Source: an uncultured Planctomycetaceae bacterium (GTDB taxonomy: Bacteria; Planctomycetota; Planctomycetia; Isosphaerales; Isosphaeraceae). Taken from it: a stretch of DNA of 64,000 bases. Positions 9,458 through 20,303 of this stretch are shown here, piece by piece. The notes below the pieces were generated by a model. The model was not told where the DNA came from and ran no database searches. It was given only the letters and a program-made list of their open reading frames with translations. Made by a program: the position numbers and the translations under genes. How positions within the stretch are numbered: the first letter of the stretch is position 1; each line of letters begins with the position of its first letter. The stretch spans positions 6,560,001-6,624,000 of the forward strand of contig CAWIAD010000002.1 in the NCBI GenBank assembly GCA_963833985.1, read 5' to 3'.

Positions 9458-11701
9458 CCTACTTTCCGCACATCTCGCCTTGACTATCTCCTAATTTCCG
9501 TGTGCCATCTTTCGGCCTGTCAGGTTCAAATCTCGTAGGCTTTGGGTATCCCCAGCAGGCGCAGGATTCTCTTCTGGAGCCGAGTTAACTCTGTGCTGAA
9601 CACCTCAAGAGGGCGTTTCCCAGCCTTCAGGGAATGCTCTTGAACGTCCTCGTACAGGTCGATCACTTTTCGAGCCGTCGGGCGTCGGCAGGCCCGACCT
9701 TCGGAATACAGTGGCAGACTCTCGATTCCCGCTCGTTCCATCGCGCGGCGGAGTTCTCGCTCCAACAGCGCCTCGACCAGCAACACGAAGAAGTACACGC
9801 AGAGCAAGGCCTGAATCCGACTTACCTCCTTCAGGTACATAGGCGCTACCACGAAGTCAGTCTTCAGGTGCTCGAACCGTCGTTCGATGGCCGGTTGCTG
9901 TTTGTAGGCCAAGAGCAGATCCTGCTCCGTCATCTTCGATTCGTTGCTCACCAGCGGGAAAATGCCATCACAGCGGGCCTCCTCATCCAGTCGCTCCAAC
10001 TCAATCCGATGCTTCAACGAGTAACGGAGCTTCTCCTCTCGGACGTACCGCGTGTCCTGTCCAGGCCGGCCGCGTCGCTCCTGGCGGAACTTTTCGGTGA
10101 CCTGCTCCTCGATCTCGACCGAGATCCACTCGGTGACCTCACAGTCCCGGAGCAGCTCCTCGACCGCCTCGGCGACCTTGGCTCGACTGCGGTACCGGGT
10201 TCGGGACGAGGCGAGCTTGGCACGCAGTTCGTCCAGTCGTTTCAACGCCTTCTCCAGCCGGGTCAGCCGTACCTCCGCATCCAACTCGGCCTTGCGTGTG
10301 CTGTGATACCAGATCAGCCGGTAACCCTCGGTGGTCTGGCTCGCAGGTTTGCAGATCGAGAAGCGGTCGGTCAACTGTCCCTTGTCGTCGTACTTGTCGT
10401 GGGTCCATCGCCACTGGATCTCTCCCCGGAGTACGGCGCCGCGGAAGGCACCGTCCTCACTGCGAGTTCGCGGCAGCACGCTGAGGAACCGACCGCCGCG
10501 CTGATGCAGATAGGCCATGTTCTCGGTGGTGGCCAGCTTGCAGTCGGCGATGTAGAGAAAGTCTCGGCGTCCGGTCAGTTGACAGAGCAACTCCCAGGTC
10601 TCCTGGTGAGAGCGGTCGTCGGTGGCGTTGCCGCTCTCGACGCGAAAGTGCACCGGGACGGCACCGTCGCCGGTCACGGTGAGGATGTAGAGTAGCTGCT
10701 TGAGGTCGGGGCGGTGGTCTTTGTTATGACCCCAGGTCACCGCCAACCGCAATTGTCCCCGCAGGGTTCGCTCCGCCTCCGCCGACTCGTAGTCACCGTG
10801 GAAAGTGATGGTGGTCGAGTCGTTGTGTAACTGGTCGAGGCTGACGTCGAATTCGCGTACGGCATGGGCCGCGACCTTCAGGGCCAACCCCGAGAGATTG
10901 GCGTCGAAGAGACGGTCGAGGGCCCGGCCAACTCGATCGTCGTTCATTGCGGCGACTTGGACATCGGACAACCCGAACAGTTTCGGCTCATGGCGGGCCA
11001 CCCACTCACCGACACCATAGAGTGGCTCACGCGAGATCAGCAGGTTGCGCAGCAGGACGAGCAAGGCCGTGGCCGTGGGGACCCGAGTGCGGCCGTCCTC
11101 ATGGGGCAGGTGGTCGCAGAGAAACTCGCGAAGGCGGAGCCGACTCAGGAAGTGTTCCAGGATGGGCACGGCGGCAATCCGCCGCGTGTTGAGCGTGCGC
11201 TTGCGTCCCTTCGAGCGGGCCGTCTCGCCGGGTTGGCGCGGTCGTTGAGGTTCGTTCATGCGGATCATCTCCGGAGGGTTTGCAGCGAGTTGGCCGGTGT
11301 CCGCCGCCGGGCCTTCCAGGGCCGTGAGGGGAGCAGGCCGACCGCCGCAGGGCTTGCCGCAATGATGGCGGAGGAGATCGGGACGTCAAGGACAAAAAAT
11401 CTTGTGATTCACTTATGACAATTTGCCTTGACGTAAGTTGTGAGCCGCTCAACTTACGCTCATAGCCCGTGTCACAAGTCGTCGCGGCGAGAATCGCGGC
11501 GCGCGGCTGGACATTGCCAAGTCATAAGACAAGGCGAAGAATGGCTCGAGTTCAGGAACGGTCCGGTTGGCGAACCATCTGAACCGAACAAGGTCCCCGT
11601 GCCGATCGACTTGTAGATGTTTACCGACCCTGGGGCCGCGTCTGAGAAGATGGCCTCAGGTCGAATTCGGGGAAATCAAAGGGAGATGTGCGGAAAGTAG
11701 G
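9458..11701 (-). mobile_element. IS1634-family insertion sequence (2244 bp)
   Basis: Perfect 19-bp TIR CCTACTTTCCGCACATCTC at both ends; direct repeat GTGGTT at 9452-9457 and 11702-11707. An alternative reading gives an 8-bp repeat GGTGGTTC with ends 1 nt further in. Confidence 0.93.
9526..11268 (-). CDS. IS1634-family transposase
   Basis: NDDRVGRALD, HNDSTTITFHG, GHNKDHRPDLKQ, YIADCKL and YKQQPAIERRFEHLK motifs; intact ORF. Confidence 0.93.
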   Translation of the reverse strand: MIRMNEPQRPRQPGETARSKGRKRTLNTRRIAAVPILEHFLSRLRLREFLCDHLPHEDGRTRVPTATALLVLLRNLLISREPLYGVGEWVARHEPKLFGLSDVQVAAMNDDRVGRALDRLFDANLSGLALKVAAHAVREFDVSLDQLHNDSTTITFHGDYESAEAERTLRGQLRLAVTWGHNKDHRPDLKQLLYILTVTGDGAVPVHFRVESGNATDDRSHQETWELLCQLTGRRDFLYIADCKLATTENMAYLHQRGGRFLSVLPRTRSEDGAFRGAVLRGEIQWRWTHDKYDDKGQLTDRFSICKPASQTTEGYRLIWYHSTRKAELDAEVRLTRLEKALKRLDELRAKLASSRTRYRSRAKVAEAVEELLRDCEVTEWISVEIEEQVTEKFRQERRGRPGQDTRYVREEKLRYSLKHRIELERLDEEARCDGIFPLVSNESKMTEQDLLLAYKQQPAIERRFEHLKTDFVVAPMYLKEVSRIQALLCVYFFVLLVEALLERELRRAMERAGIESLPLYSEGRACRRPTARKVIDLYEDVQEHSLKAGKRPLEVFSTELTRLQKRILRLLGIPKAYEI

Positions 11702-11707
11702 GTGGTT

Positions 11708-11972
11708 CGCTCGCCATCCCGAGTATCATCTGCATTTCACTCCCACCAGCGGCTCTTGGCTGAACCAGGTTGAACGATTCTTCGCGGAGATTACCGAGAA
11801 GTGAATTCGCCGTGGAGTATTCCGGAGCGTGGCGGCGTTGGAACAGGCGATCCATGAATTCCTGGCAAAACACAACGTAAATCCCAAGCCTTTCGTATGG
11901 ACGGCAGATGCTGATATGATCTTAGATCGAGTGACGAGTGTTTGTGAGCGAACTTCTAACTCAGGACACTAG
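11708..11972 (+). pseudogene. IS630 transposase, 3' part
   Basis: Resumes as (F)ARHPEYHLHFTPTSGSWLNQVERFF...NPKPFVWT...TSNSGH*; internal TGA at 11802-11804. Confidence 0.9.
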
Positions 11973-12161
11973 CCGACTTTAGGACAGGCGGATCACGATT
12001 TTTTTGGAGATTTTCCATTGTGCCCGATTATGGCTGAATCGAGGCTTGGCTGGAATCATCGGCTGGAGCGAAATCGCTGGCAGAACCGTGGCACCGGATT
12101 CGTCGTCGACACCTGCTCGCCTGCCACCTGGCGTCGACACTCCCCGGCCGGATGAGCCCGC

Positions 12162-15100
12162 TCAGCGGCGAGACCTGGGATCGCCGTCGGGCGTGCCCGT
12201 CCACGGGGTCGCGTCCCAGAGTTTGATCTCAATCTCCTTGCGGACGCCGCCGGCGAGCCGGCCTCGTGGGACCGCCGAGACGATCTGGTGCCCATTCGGC
12301 GTGAAGGCGATTCCGCTGTACCGCGAACTCGAGTTCGAGCCGATCCCCTTGAGCGCGAGAACCTGCCGCCCGGTCGCGGTATCCCAGAGCCCGACCTCGG
12401 TCGCGATCGAGCCGTACGCGCTCGCGATCCGGGAGCCGTCGGGGCTGAAGGCGAGAGTGCCGAATTCGCCCTGGACCACGTGCTGGAGCTTGCCGGAGGC
12501 AACGTCCCAGACCACGAGGACAGACCGAGAGATTTCGCCCATGTACGGGACGCGGACGGCGATCGAGGCCGCGACCCTCTGACCCTCCGGGCCATACGCC
12601 ATGCCCATCATGTCGAGGATGAGCCCGGGATCGGCGATGCGATCGGGCATTTCCAGTCGAATCCGCTCCGCCCCCATCTCGGCATCCCATACCGCAGCCC
12701 GCCACGATCGATCGGCCGACCGGGAGAAGCCCGCGAGCCGCCGGCCCCTGGGATCAAGGACGGCGCTCGTGCAATTCGGAACCGTCGTCACGAGCCGCCC
12801 GGTCGAGATGTCCCAGACCCTCGCCTCCTTCGTACCGAGATCCATCGTCGTGGATCTGATGGCCGCCACGCGGGCACCGTCGACGCCAAATGAGGGCATA
12901 AAGAAGAAAACGCCCTCCTCTTCAATATGGAAAATCTCCTTGCCGTCGAGGTCCCAGATCGTGAGGGCACTTCCACCTGAGTTGATCGTTCCCTTCGGAG
13001 CTCCCACCGAGCGGATGTAGCGGACGGAGACAAAGGCGATCCGGTCTCCACGGGGGCTCCAGGTCAGCCATCCCATGGCGATCTCATCGTCCCTGGCCAG
13101 TACGGAACGTCCGAACGACCGCACGAATCGGCCCTTCGCATCCCAGAGCTTGACGACCGGCGTATTACCCCATGGCGTGGTGGCCTCCGGTTTCACGACA
13201 CCGGCGATCCACCGCGCGTCGGGACTCACGACCAGGCTGCTGACCCGACCCTCCGGGTCCAGCACGTGGTCTTCCGTGTTATCCGGGGAGTCCCAGATCT
13301 TCACCGTGCCATAGAGGTCGGCCGCCAGCAGGTCGCGGCCATTCCGTCCGTACGAAATCACGTACGCATCGCCGATGTCATCCTGGTAGACCGCCACTGG
13401 CTTACCCTCGGCAACGTCCCAGACGCCGAGCTGATGCCCGAGGAAGACAGAGGCGATCCGGCGGCCGTCGGGACTGAAGACCGGTGGCGTCTGCAAGCCG
13501 TGCGACCGGAGCGGGATGGAGAATCGCATCCGCGCCGTCGCAACATCCCAGACGTGCAGAACATCATCCGTCGGATACGCCGCGACGGCGGCGAGCGTCT
13601 TGCCGTCGGGGCTGAAGCTGAACTCCGCGGTGTCGATCGGGCCGGCCGTCGGAAACGATGCGACCTCGCGCCGGAATCGACCTCCCAGAGCTTGACGTCC
13701 CTCTGGCTCGGGTTCTTGCCCGTCTCGATCGTGGCCGCGACGCGCTTGCCGTCGACACTGAACGCATGCCGCGATCCTTCCCGCGGGAAGGTGCCGGGGA
13801 TGGCTCGAATTTCGGCCCCGGTCTCCGCGTCCCAGACGAGAATTGCATTCCCGGGGCCGTATTTCTCGTCCGCCTCGTGAGGACTGACAATCGCCCCGAG
13901 CCTCCGGCCGTCCGGGCTGAACTGGACGGAATAGAGGTTGTTCTTCAAGGTCCGGCGCACGACCATGCGGCCGGTGGCCGTGTCGACCACCATCAGTAAA
14001 TGCTCGTGCTTGCCGGACGCGTCGTCGTCGGTCTTCAGGGCGATGGCGAGGCGCGATCCGTCGGTGTTCAAGGACGCAAAATCTGCGTCTCCCTCCGGGA
14101 ATGCGACCGTAGCCACGACCTGCCCGCTCGACACGTCCCACACCTTCCAGTCAACAACTCGGTAATCGAGGGGTTTACCCTTGGATTTGACGGGAATTCG
14201 ACCGGAGATGGCGACGAATCGCGAGCCATCGCCGCTGAAGGCGGGGAAGTAGCGAAATGCACTGCGGGGCAGGGAAATCGTCCTCGCCGCCTGATGCGAT
14301 TGCCTCATCCAGTAGTTCCACTCGAAGCCGAGGAGGTCCGGATTCTCGGCCTTCTCGCGCTCGAGCAGACGGGTGACCTCGCGGTGACGCCCCCCTTCCC
14401 AGGCGGCCTGCACCAGCCCCATGTCGGCGGCGTAGAGGGTGCGGCGGAGGTTCTCGCGGGCGGCCTCGGCCTCGGTGCGGCGGGCGGTCGCCTCGTCTCG
14501 CTCGACGACGGCGACGCGTTCGGCACGTAATGCGACGGACTCGGCCTTGCTCGCCCGCAGGGCCTGCCACGCGCTCAGTACCGTACCGAAGACGAGCGCC
14601 GCGGCGACGACCCCCGTCGTCGCAATCGCGACCCTATGCCTCCGAAGGAGCTTCGCCATGCGGTACGACGCCGACGGTGGACGGGCTTCGACGGTCTCGT
14701 TCGCGAGATACCGCTGAATGTCGTGCGCCAGGGCGTTGGCCGTGTCGTACCGACGGTCGCGGCGCTTCTCCAGGCATTTCATCACCACCCAGTCGAGCTC
14801 CCCGCGCAAGAGCGCCATCAGCCGTCGCGGCTCGGTCTGGCGAAGCGCTGCCAGCGACGGCAGCGACTGGTCGGTGGAAAGCCGGGTCGAGGGCCTGGTC
14901 GGCTCTTCCTCGCGGATGATCCGGACCATCTCCGGCAGGGCCGCCCGCCGCAACCGTTCGGCGTCGATGGGCCGCAGGCCGATCAGCAGCTCGTAGAGGA
15001 TCACGCCAAGGGAGTAGATGTCGGCTCGAGTGTCGATGTCGTCGCCGGAAAATGCCGCCTGCTCGGGCGACATGTACTCGAGCGTGCCGACGACCGCACC

Positions 15101-15874
15101 GAACTGGGTCGAGAGCGATTCGGCCGTCAGCCGGCCGGCCGTCGCCTTCGCGATGCCGAAGTCGATGACCTTCGGCACCGGCTTGCCATCGATGATCGTC
15201 GCCAGGATGTTTGCCGGTTTCAGGTCGCGATGGACGATTCCCTTGTGGTGGGCGTGCTGGACCGCCTGGCAGATTGGCACGAACAGCTCCAGTCGGTCGC
15301 GGGGCGTCAGCCGGGCCTCGTCGCAAAACTTCGTCACCTCCAGGCCGTTGACCAGCTCCATGACGAAGAACGGCTGGCCCCCGGGCGTGAGCCCGCCGTC
15401 AAGCACCCGGGCGATGTTCGGGTGGTCCATCAAGGCCAGCGCCTGCCGCTCCTGCTCGAACCGGCGGACCACAGCGCGCGAGTCCATCCCGGCCTTGATC
15501 AGCTTGAGTGCCACCCTGCGTTTTACCGGCTCGCTCTGGCGGGCGACCCAGACCTCTCCCATCCCGCCTTCGCCGATCTTCTCCAGGAGCCTGTACCGCC
15601 CCGCGATGATCATGCCTTCCTGGCCGTCGCCTGTGGCGCGTTCACGCATCGGGGCCGATTCGCTGGTGGAGTCTCGCGGCGCGTCGGTGGGGTCAAGGTC
15701 AAGGAAGCGGCCGGCGCCGCGATGGGCCGCCAGCAGGGCCTCGACGCGGCGCCGCAGCTCGGCGTCGTCACCGCACGCCTGCTCCAGAAAGGCCGCCCGG
15801 GCGGCGTCATCCGCCTTATCGAGGGCTTCGTTGAAAACCGTCATCAATTCAGGGCTCACTTTCGACATGGGCAT
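12162..15874 (-). CDS. Ser/Thr kinase-TM-WD40 receptor-like protein (frameshift near 13675, likely sequencing error)
   Basis: GEGGMG, HRDLKPAN, DFG and GTLEYMSPEQ in ORF 13358..15901; WD40 repeats continue in ORF 12162..14141; GGAG upstream of ATG 15874/15868. Confidence 0.9.
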
Positions 15875-15896
15875 ATCTCCGCAACGGATTCCGCTA

Positions 15897-15929
15897 CCCA
15901 ATGCCCCGTTTGCCCCTGAAGTGTGCCAC
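15897..15929 (-). promoter_or_regulatory. Candidate ECF-type promoter upstream of the kinase
   Basis: Minus strand GTGGCA-N15-CGGGGCATTGGG; same spacing as the motif at 20304-20336. Confidence 0.45.
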
Positions 15930-15949
15930 GCGACTCCAATTTCTTGGAT

Positions 15950-16507
15950 TCAGCCGCGGGACAGGGCGTCGGCGAGCCAGGCCCGGGCAAAGTTCCAGTG
16001 TCTGTGGGCCGTCCGCCGGGAAATCCCCAGCGCGGTGGCGGCCTCCTCCAGAGTCATCCCCGCGAACAGCCGGAGCTTCACAAGGTCGGCGGCGCGGGGA
16101 TACTCGCTCGCCAGTCCTTCGAGCATCCTGTCCAGGTCCAGCAAATCCTCATCGTCCGCGTTGGCCGCCGCCGCCGAGCCCGCGATCCGGTCGAGGTCGA
16201 CACGTTGGCGCCGGCCCCCGCGTTTCAGTCGGCTCCGGTCCCGGGCATGATTCACCAGGATGCGCCGCATGGCCTCGGCAGCGGCAGCGAAGAAGTGTGC
16301 ACGGCCCTCGAACTGCTGATCGCCGATCAGCCGGAGATACGCTTCATGGACCAGCGCCGTGGCGTCGAGCGTGTGCCCTGGCCCCTCGCGCGCCATGCGC
16401 GTGGCCGCGAGCTTCCGCAGCTCATCATAGACGAGCGGCAGCAACTCCACGGCAGCATGGCGGTCACCGTTCTGGCTGGCCTCGATCAGGCGCGTGATTT
16501 CTGACAT
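15950..16507 (-). CDS. ECF sigma factor, kinase-associated (ECF43/TIGR02999-like)
   Basis: LLPLVYDELRKLA, TLDATALVHEAYLRL, HFFAAAAEAMRRILV and W.FARAWL motifs. Confidence 0.93.
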   Translation of the reverse strand: MSEITRLIEASQNGDRHAAVELLPLVYDELRKLAATRMAREGPGHTLDATALVHEAYLRLIGDQQFEGRAHFFAAAAEAMRRILVNHARDRSRLKRGGRRQRVDLDRIAGSAAAANADDEDLLDLDRMLEGLASEYPRAADLVKLRLFAGMTLEEAATALGISRRTAHRHWNFARAWLADALSRG

Positions 16508-16688
16508 GGATAGGTAATATACATGTCGCGGACCGGTCTTTCATCCTGATGTCCGGGGCTTCATCATTTACCTGAAGACCGTCGATCCTCTTCCGGGCGT
16601 CGGCTCCGGTTGCCCTTGCGAGCGGCCGCGTGTGCACCGCGAGGCCCCGGATGACTCGTCGAGATGCTTGTCGGCTGGATATCCCGGC

Positions 16689-19600
16689 CTATCGGCCGGC
16701 CGCCGGGTTGCCCTCGGATGGCGCGGTCCACGGTGTCGCGTCCCAGGTCCGGATCTCCACCGCGGTCCTCGACGGCAGCCGTGCCGTCGAAATGATCCGG
16801 TCTCCTTTCGGGCTGATGGCCAGGCCCGTCTGGAGGGGAAACGTCTCGGAACCCTCGTGCCCACGGAGCACAAGGAGTTGCCGCCCCGAGGGGACGTCCC
16901 AGAGCCCCAGCGCGACTGACGCATAGTCTGAATAGAGGTTGGCGGCGACGCGGGTGCCGTCGGCGCTGAAGACGGGTTGGCCGTGAGCCTGGCCGAAGTG
17001 CCGGACCGCGCCGGAGGCAAGCTCGTGCACCAAAAGCTCGCTCGCCCCCGTGGCGGGCTGCATCGTGGCCGCGAGACTTCGGCCGTCGGGACTGAACGCG
17101 AGGTGCCTGCATCGGGCCTTCGTATCCCAGGTCGCACACTCGTTCCCTGTTGCGACATCAAGTACGACGATCTTCAGGTGGTCGCCCCACGAATCCGCGA
17201 TCGCCAGGCGCGTTCCCTCCCGGTCCAGTGCGATTCTGGAAAAGCTGTCGCTGGTGTCCATGAGGAACCGGCCCGTGTCGACATCCCAGACGCGAAGGAG
17301 CCTGTTGTACTCCGACGGCTTGCCTTGCTTGCGTTCGATGACCGTCGCGGCCACGCGCCGGCCATCGCCGCTGAGCGCGACGTTGATGCCCGGATCGTCG
17401 CGGTGGAATAGGATCTTACCCCCTTCATCCCAGACCGTCAGTGCTCCGCCCAGGGATGGCTGGGTAAGCGAGGCGTAGGCTAGCCGGGTGCCGTCAGCAC
17501 TGAAGGCGATCTGCCGCCACCACTGCTCCCGCGGTGCGGGTTTCGCCGGTCGTTCCAGCGTGAGCAGGGTCTTCCCGGCCGTATCGATGATCTGAACGCT
17601 CTGGCCGGAGCCGCCGACCATGGCGATGCGTCGAGCATCGGGGCTCACGACCGTGGCGAACCTCGTGCCGAGTTCAAAGACCTGTGTGCCGGTCGCGGGT
17701 GGCCGGGCCTCCCACCACTTCAGCGTGCCCCACTCGTCGGCCGAAACCACGTGGCGGCCATCGCGGGTGAAGCTCACGGCGACCAGGGGCGTCGCATGGC
17801 CTCTGAACCTCGCAAGTTCCTCACCCTTCTCTGTGTTCCAGAGCCCGACCTCAAAATTGCTGACCGCTCCCGCGAGCAGGCGGCCATCGGGGCTGAAGGC
17901 AAGGCCCACGTTACCAATGCTGTTCTGCCGTGAGAGCCCCCGGATGCTGAAACGGAGACGACCCGAAGAGAGCTCCCAGACCTGAAGGATATCCTGAGTC
18001 CTGGATTCCGGACCGACCGCGGCGAGCGCCTCGCCTCGCGGCGCGAAGGTCAGCGCCGTGTCGCGGGGTCCTCCCGTGAATTCCGTAGGCAAAGTGTGCT
18101 CGACTCGGCCGCTCGCGACTTCCCAGACACACACGACCACCGCGCCGGGCTGGTCCGGATGCCGCATTGGGCACGCCACCCTGGATCCGTCGGCACTGAG
18201 CGCGGGCCTCTGCGCGGCGTGGCAGAGCAGATGAGGGACCGCCCGGATCTCTTGATAGGTTGTCGTGTCCCAGATGTGAAGAATGCCGGTCCGAGGCCCT
18301 GGCGTCTCTCCCGTGTCGCCAATCACCTCGAGACCAGCGATTCTTCGCCCGTCGGCGCTGAAGGACACCTGGACTCGACCCTTCAGCCCGCGGATCGTTG
18401 CGGCCCTCGTTCCTGTGGCCGTGTCGAGGATGTGGATCTCATGGATCGGTTTCCCTTCGTTTTCACCCTTCAGCGACACATACTGCGCCTGTCGGCTTCC
18501 ATCGAAATTGGTTATGGCCGATCCCACAAAGTCAACTCGCTCCTGAGCCGGGCCTGCGATACTCCATCGGGAAACGACGCGGCCGTTCTCCGTATCCCAG
18601 AGCCTGTAGGTCGATCCGATTCGCGTCGTGTCGCCGCTGAATGAGGCACGGTTGAAATTGAGCCCGGTCTCCGGCTCGAGCTGGATCGTGCGGCGATCCT
18701 GGTGGGCCTGCCTCATCCAGTAGTTCCACTCGAATCCGCAGAGATCCGGGCTGCTCGACTTCTCCTGGTTTAGAACGGTGAGCATCTCGCCGACTCTTCC
18801 CCCCTCCCAGCAGGCCTGCACCAGCCCCATGTCGGCGGCGTAGAGGGTGCGACGAAGGTTCTCGCGGGCGGCCTCGGCCTCCGTGCGCCGGACGGTTGCC
18901 TCGACGGCGCGGGCGTCTGCCAGCGCGCGCTGTTCGACGGCCCGTGTTTCGGCGTGCAGGGCGACTTTTTCGGCATGCCGCGCGCGGACCGCCTGCCAGA
19001 CGCTCAGCATAGTGCCCAGAAGCAGGGCCGCGGCCACTGCGGCCCCGGTTGTCAGGGCAACCTTGTTCCGCCGGGCCAGCTTACTGAACCGGTACCAGGT
19101 CGACGGCGGTCGCGCCTCGATCGGCTCCTCGGCCAGGAACCGGCGCACGTCGGCGGCCAGACCGCTGGCCGTCTCGTAGCGCCGGCGGCGGTCCTTCTCG
19201 AGCGCCTTCATCACGATCCAGTCGAGGTCGCCGCGCACCAGCGCCGAAAGCTTCGCCGGCTCGGTCCTGTGCAGAGCCGAGACCTTCGTCAGCGTCTCGC
19301 CCAGCGTGCTCAGCCGGGTGCTCGGCCGGGGCGGCTCCTCTTCCTTGATGATCCGGCGGATCTCGTCATACGCCGCAGTCGCGAACCGCTGCTTCTCGAA
19401 CGGCGTGGTGCCGGTCAGCAGCTCGTAGAGCAAGACGCCCAGACTATAGACGTCGCTCCGCACATCGACGTCCAGCGCGTTAACCTCGGCCTGCTCAGGG
19501 CTCATGTAGAGCGGAGTGCCGATCATCTGGGCGAACCGTGTGTAGATGGTCCGGTCGGTGAGCTGCTGGCCGATCGCCTTGGCGACGCCGAAGTCGATCA

Positions 19601-20270
19601 CCTTGACCACGGGCTCGCCGTCGTGCGGCGCCACAAGGATGTTGGACGGCTTGAGGTCGCGGTGGATGACCCCCTTGCCGTGGGCGTGCTGCACCGCCTG
19701 GCAGACCGAGATGAACAGGTCGAGCCGCTCACGCGTCGTGAGCTGCTGGGCGTCGCAGTACTCGACGATCGGAATCCCCTTGACCAGCTCCATCACGAAA
19801 TAGGGCCGGCCGCTGTCGGTCGTGCCGGCGTCGAAAACGCGGGCGATGTTGGGGTGGTCCATGAGAGCCAGGGCTTGCCGCTCGGCCTCGAACCGGGCGA
19901 TCACGTCGCGTGAATCCATCCCCGGCTTGATGATCTTCAGCGCCACCTTGCGGCGCACGGGATGTTGCTGCTCGGCGACGTACACCAGGCCCATACCCCC
20001 CTCGCCGATCTGCTCCATCAGCTTGAAGGGACCGATCACCGCGCCGGGCCGCTCCGTGATCGATTCGTAGCCTTCCGTTGCCTCTCCGAGCACTGGCTTG
20101 CCCATGAACTCGCCGGCCCGCTCGTGATACTTGATGAGAGTCTCGATCTCGGCCCGCAGATCGGCGTCGGCTCCACATGCCTGGTCGAGGTACGCGGCGC
20201 GGGCCGTCGGGGACGCAATCTCCATCGCCTGGCCGAAGATCGATTTCACGTCGGGGGAGCTCAGGTTCAT
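16689..20270 (-). CDS. Ser/Thr kinase-TM-WD40 receptor-like protein
   Basis: Intact 1193-aa ORF; GEGGMG, HRDLKPSN, DFG; TM segment VALTTGAAVAAALLLGTMLSVW; FSPDG/WD repeats; AAGGAG RBS. Confidence 0.95.
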   Translation of the reverse strand: MNLSSPDVKSIFGQAMEIASPTARAAYLDQACGADADLRAEIETLIKYHERAGEFMGKPVLGEATEGYESITERPGAVIGPFKLMEQIGEGGMGLVYVAEQQHPVRRKVALKIIKPGMDSRDVIARFEAERQALALMDHPNIARVFDAGTTDSGRPYFVMELVKGIPIVEYCDAQQLTTRERLDLFISVCQAVQHAHGKGVIHRDLKPSNILVAPHDGEPVVKVIDFGVAKAIGQQLTDRTIYTRFAQMIGTPLYMSPEQAEVNALDVDVRSDVYSLGVLLYELLTGTTPFEKQRFATAAYDEIRRIIKEEEPPRPSTRLSTLGETLTKVSALHRTEPAKLSALVRGDLDWIVMKALEKDRRRRYETASGLAADVRRFLAEEPIEARPPSTWYRFSKLARRNKVALTTGAAVAAALLLGTMLSVWQAVRARHAEKVALHAETRAVEQRALADARAVEATVRRTEAEAARENLRRTLYAADMGLVQACWEGGRVGEMLTVLNQEKSSSPDLCGFEWNYWMRQAHQDRRTIQLEPETGLNFNRASFSGDTTRIGSTYRLWDTENGRVVSRWSIAGPAQERVDFVGSAITNFDGSRQAQYVSLKGENEGKPIHEIHILDTATGTRAATIRGLKGRVQVSFSADGRRIAGLEVIGDTGETPGPRTGILHIWDTTTYQEIRAVPHLLCHAAQRPALSADGSRVACPMRHPDQPGAVVVCVWEVASGRVEHTLPTEFTGGPRDTALTFAPRGEALAAVGPESRTQDILQVWELSSGRLRFSIRGLSRQNSIGNVGLAFSPDGRLLAGAVSNFEVGLWNTEKGEELARFRGHATPLVAVSFTRDGRHVVSADEWGTLKWWEARPPATGTQVFELGTRFATVVSPDARRIAMVGGSGQSVQIIDTAGKTLLTLERPAKPAPREQWWRQIAFSADGTRLAYASLTQPSLGGALTVWDEGGKILFHRDDPGINVALSGDGRRVAATVIERKQGKPSEYNRLLRVWDVDTGRFLMDTSDSFSRIALDREGTRLAIADSWGDHLKIVVLDVATGNECATWDTKARCRHLAFSPDGRSLAATMQPATGASELLVHELASGAVRHFGQAHGQPVFSADGTRVAANLYSDYASVALGLWDVPSGRQLLVLRGHEGSETFPLQTGLAISPKGDRIISTARLPSRTAVEIRTWDATPWTAPSEGNPAAGR

Positions 20271-20303
20271 CGGTCTGTCTCCTTTTCCTGGGAGGTTCTA
20301 CCT

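Larger units (their letters stand above)
8546..11969 (+). mobile_element. IS630-family element (about 1.17 kb when reconstituted), interrupted by IS1634
   Basis: TIRs GTGTCCTGAGTTACAA (8546) and TTCTAACTCAGGACAC (11954-11969), one mismatch; flanking TA at 8544-8545 and 11970-11971. Confidence 0.92.

Noticed and set aside
14301..18880. DGR template/variable repeat pair
   Set aside because: No reverse transcriptase in the window, both copies are in-frame coding stalks, and the mismatches are not adenine-specific on the coding strand
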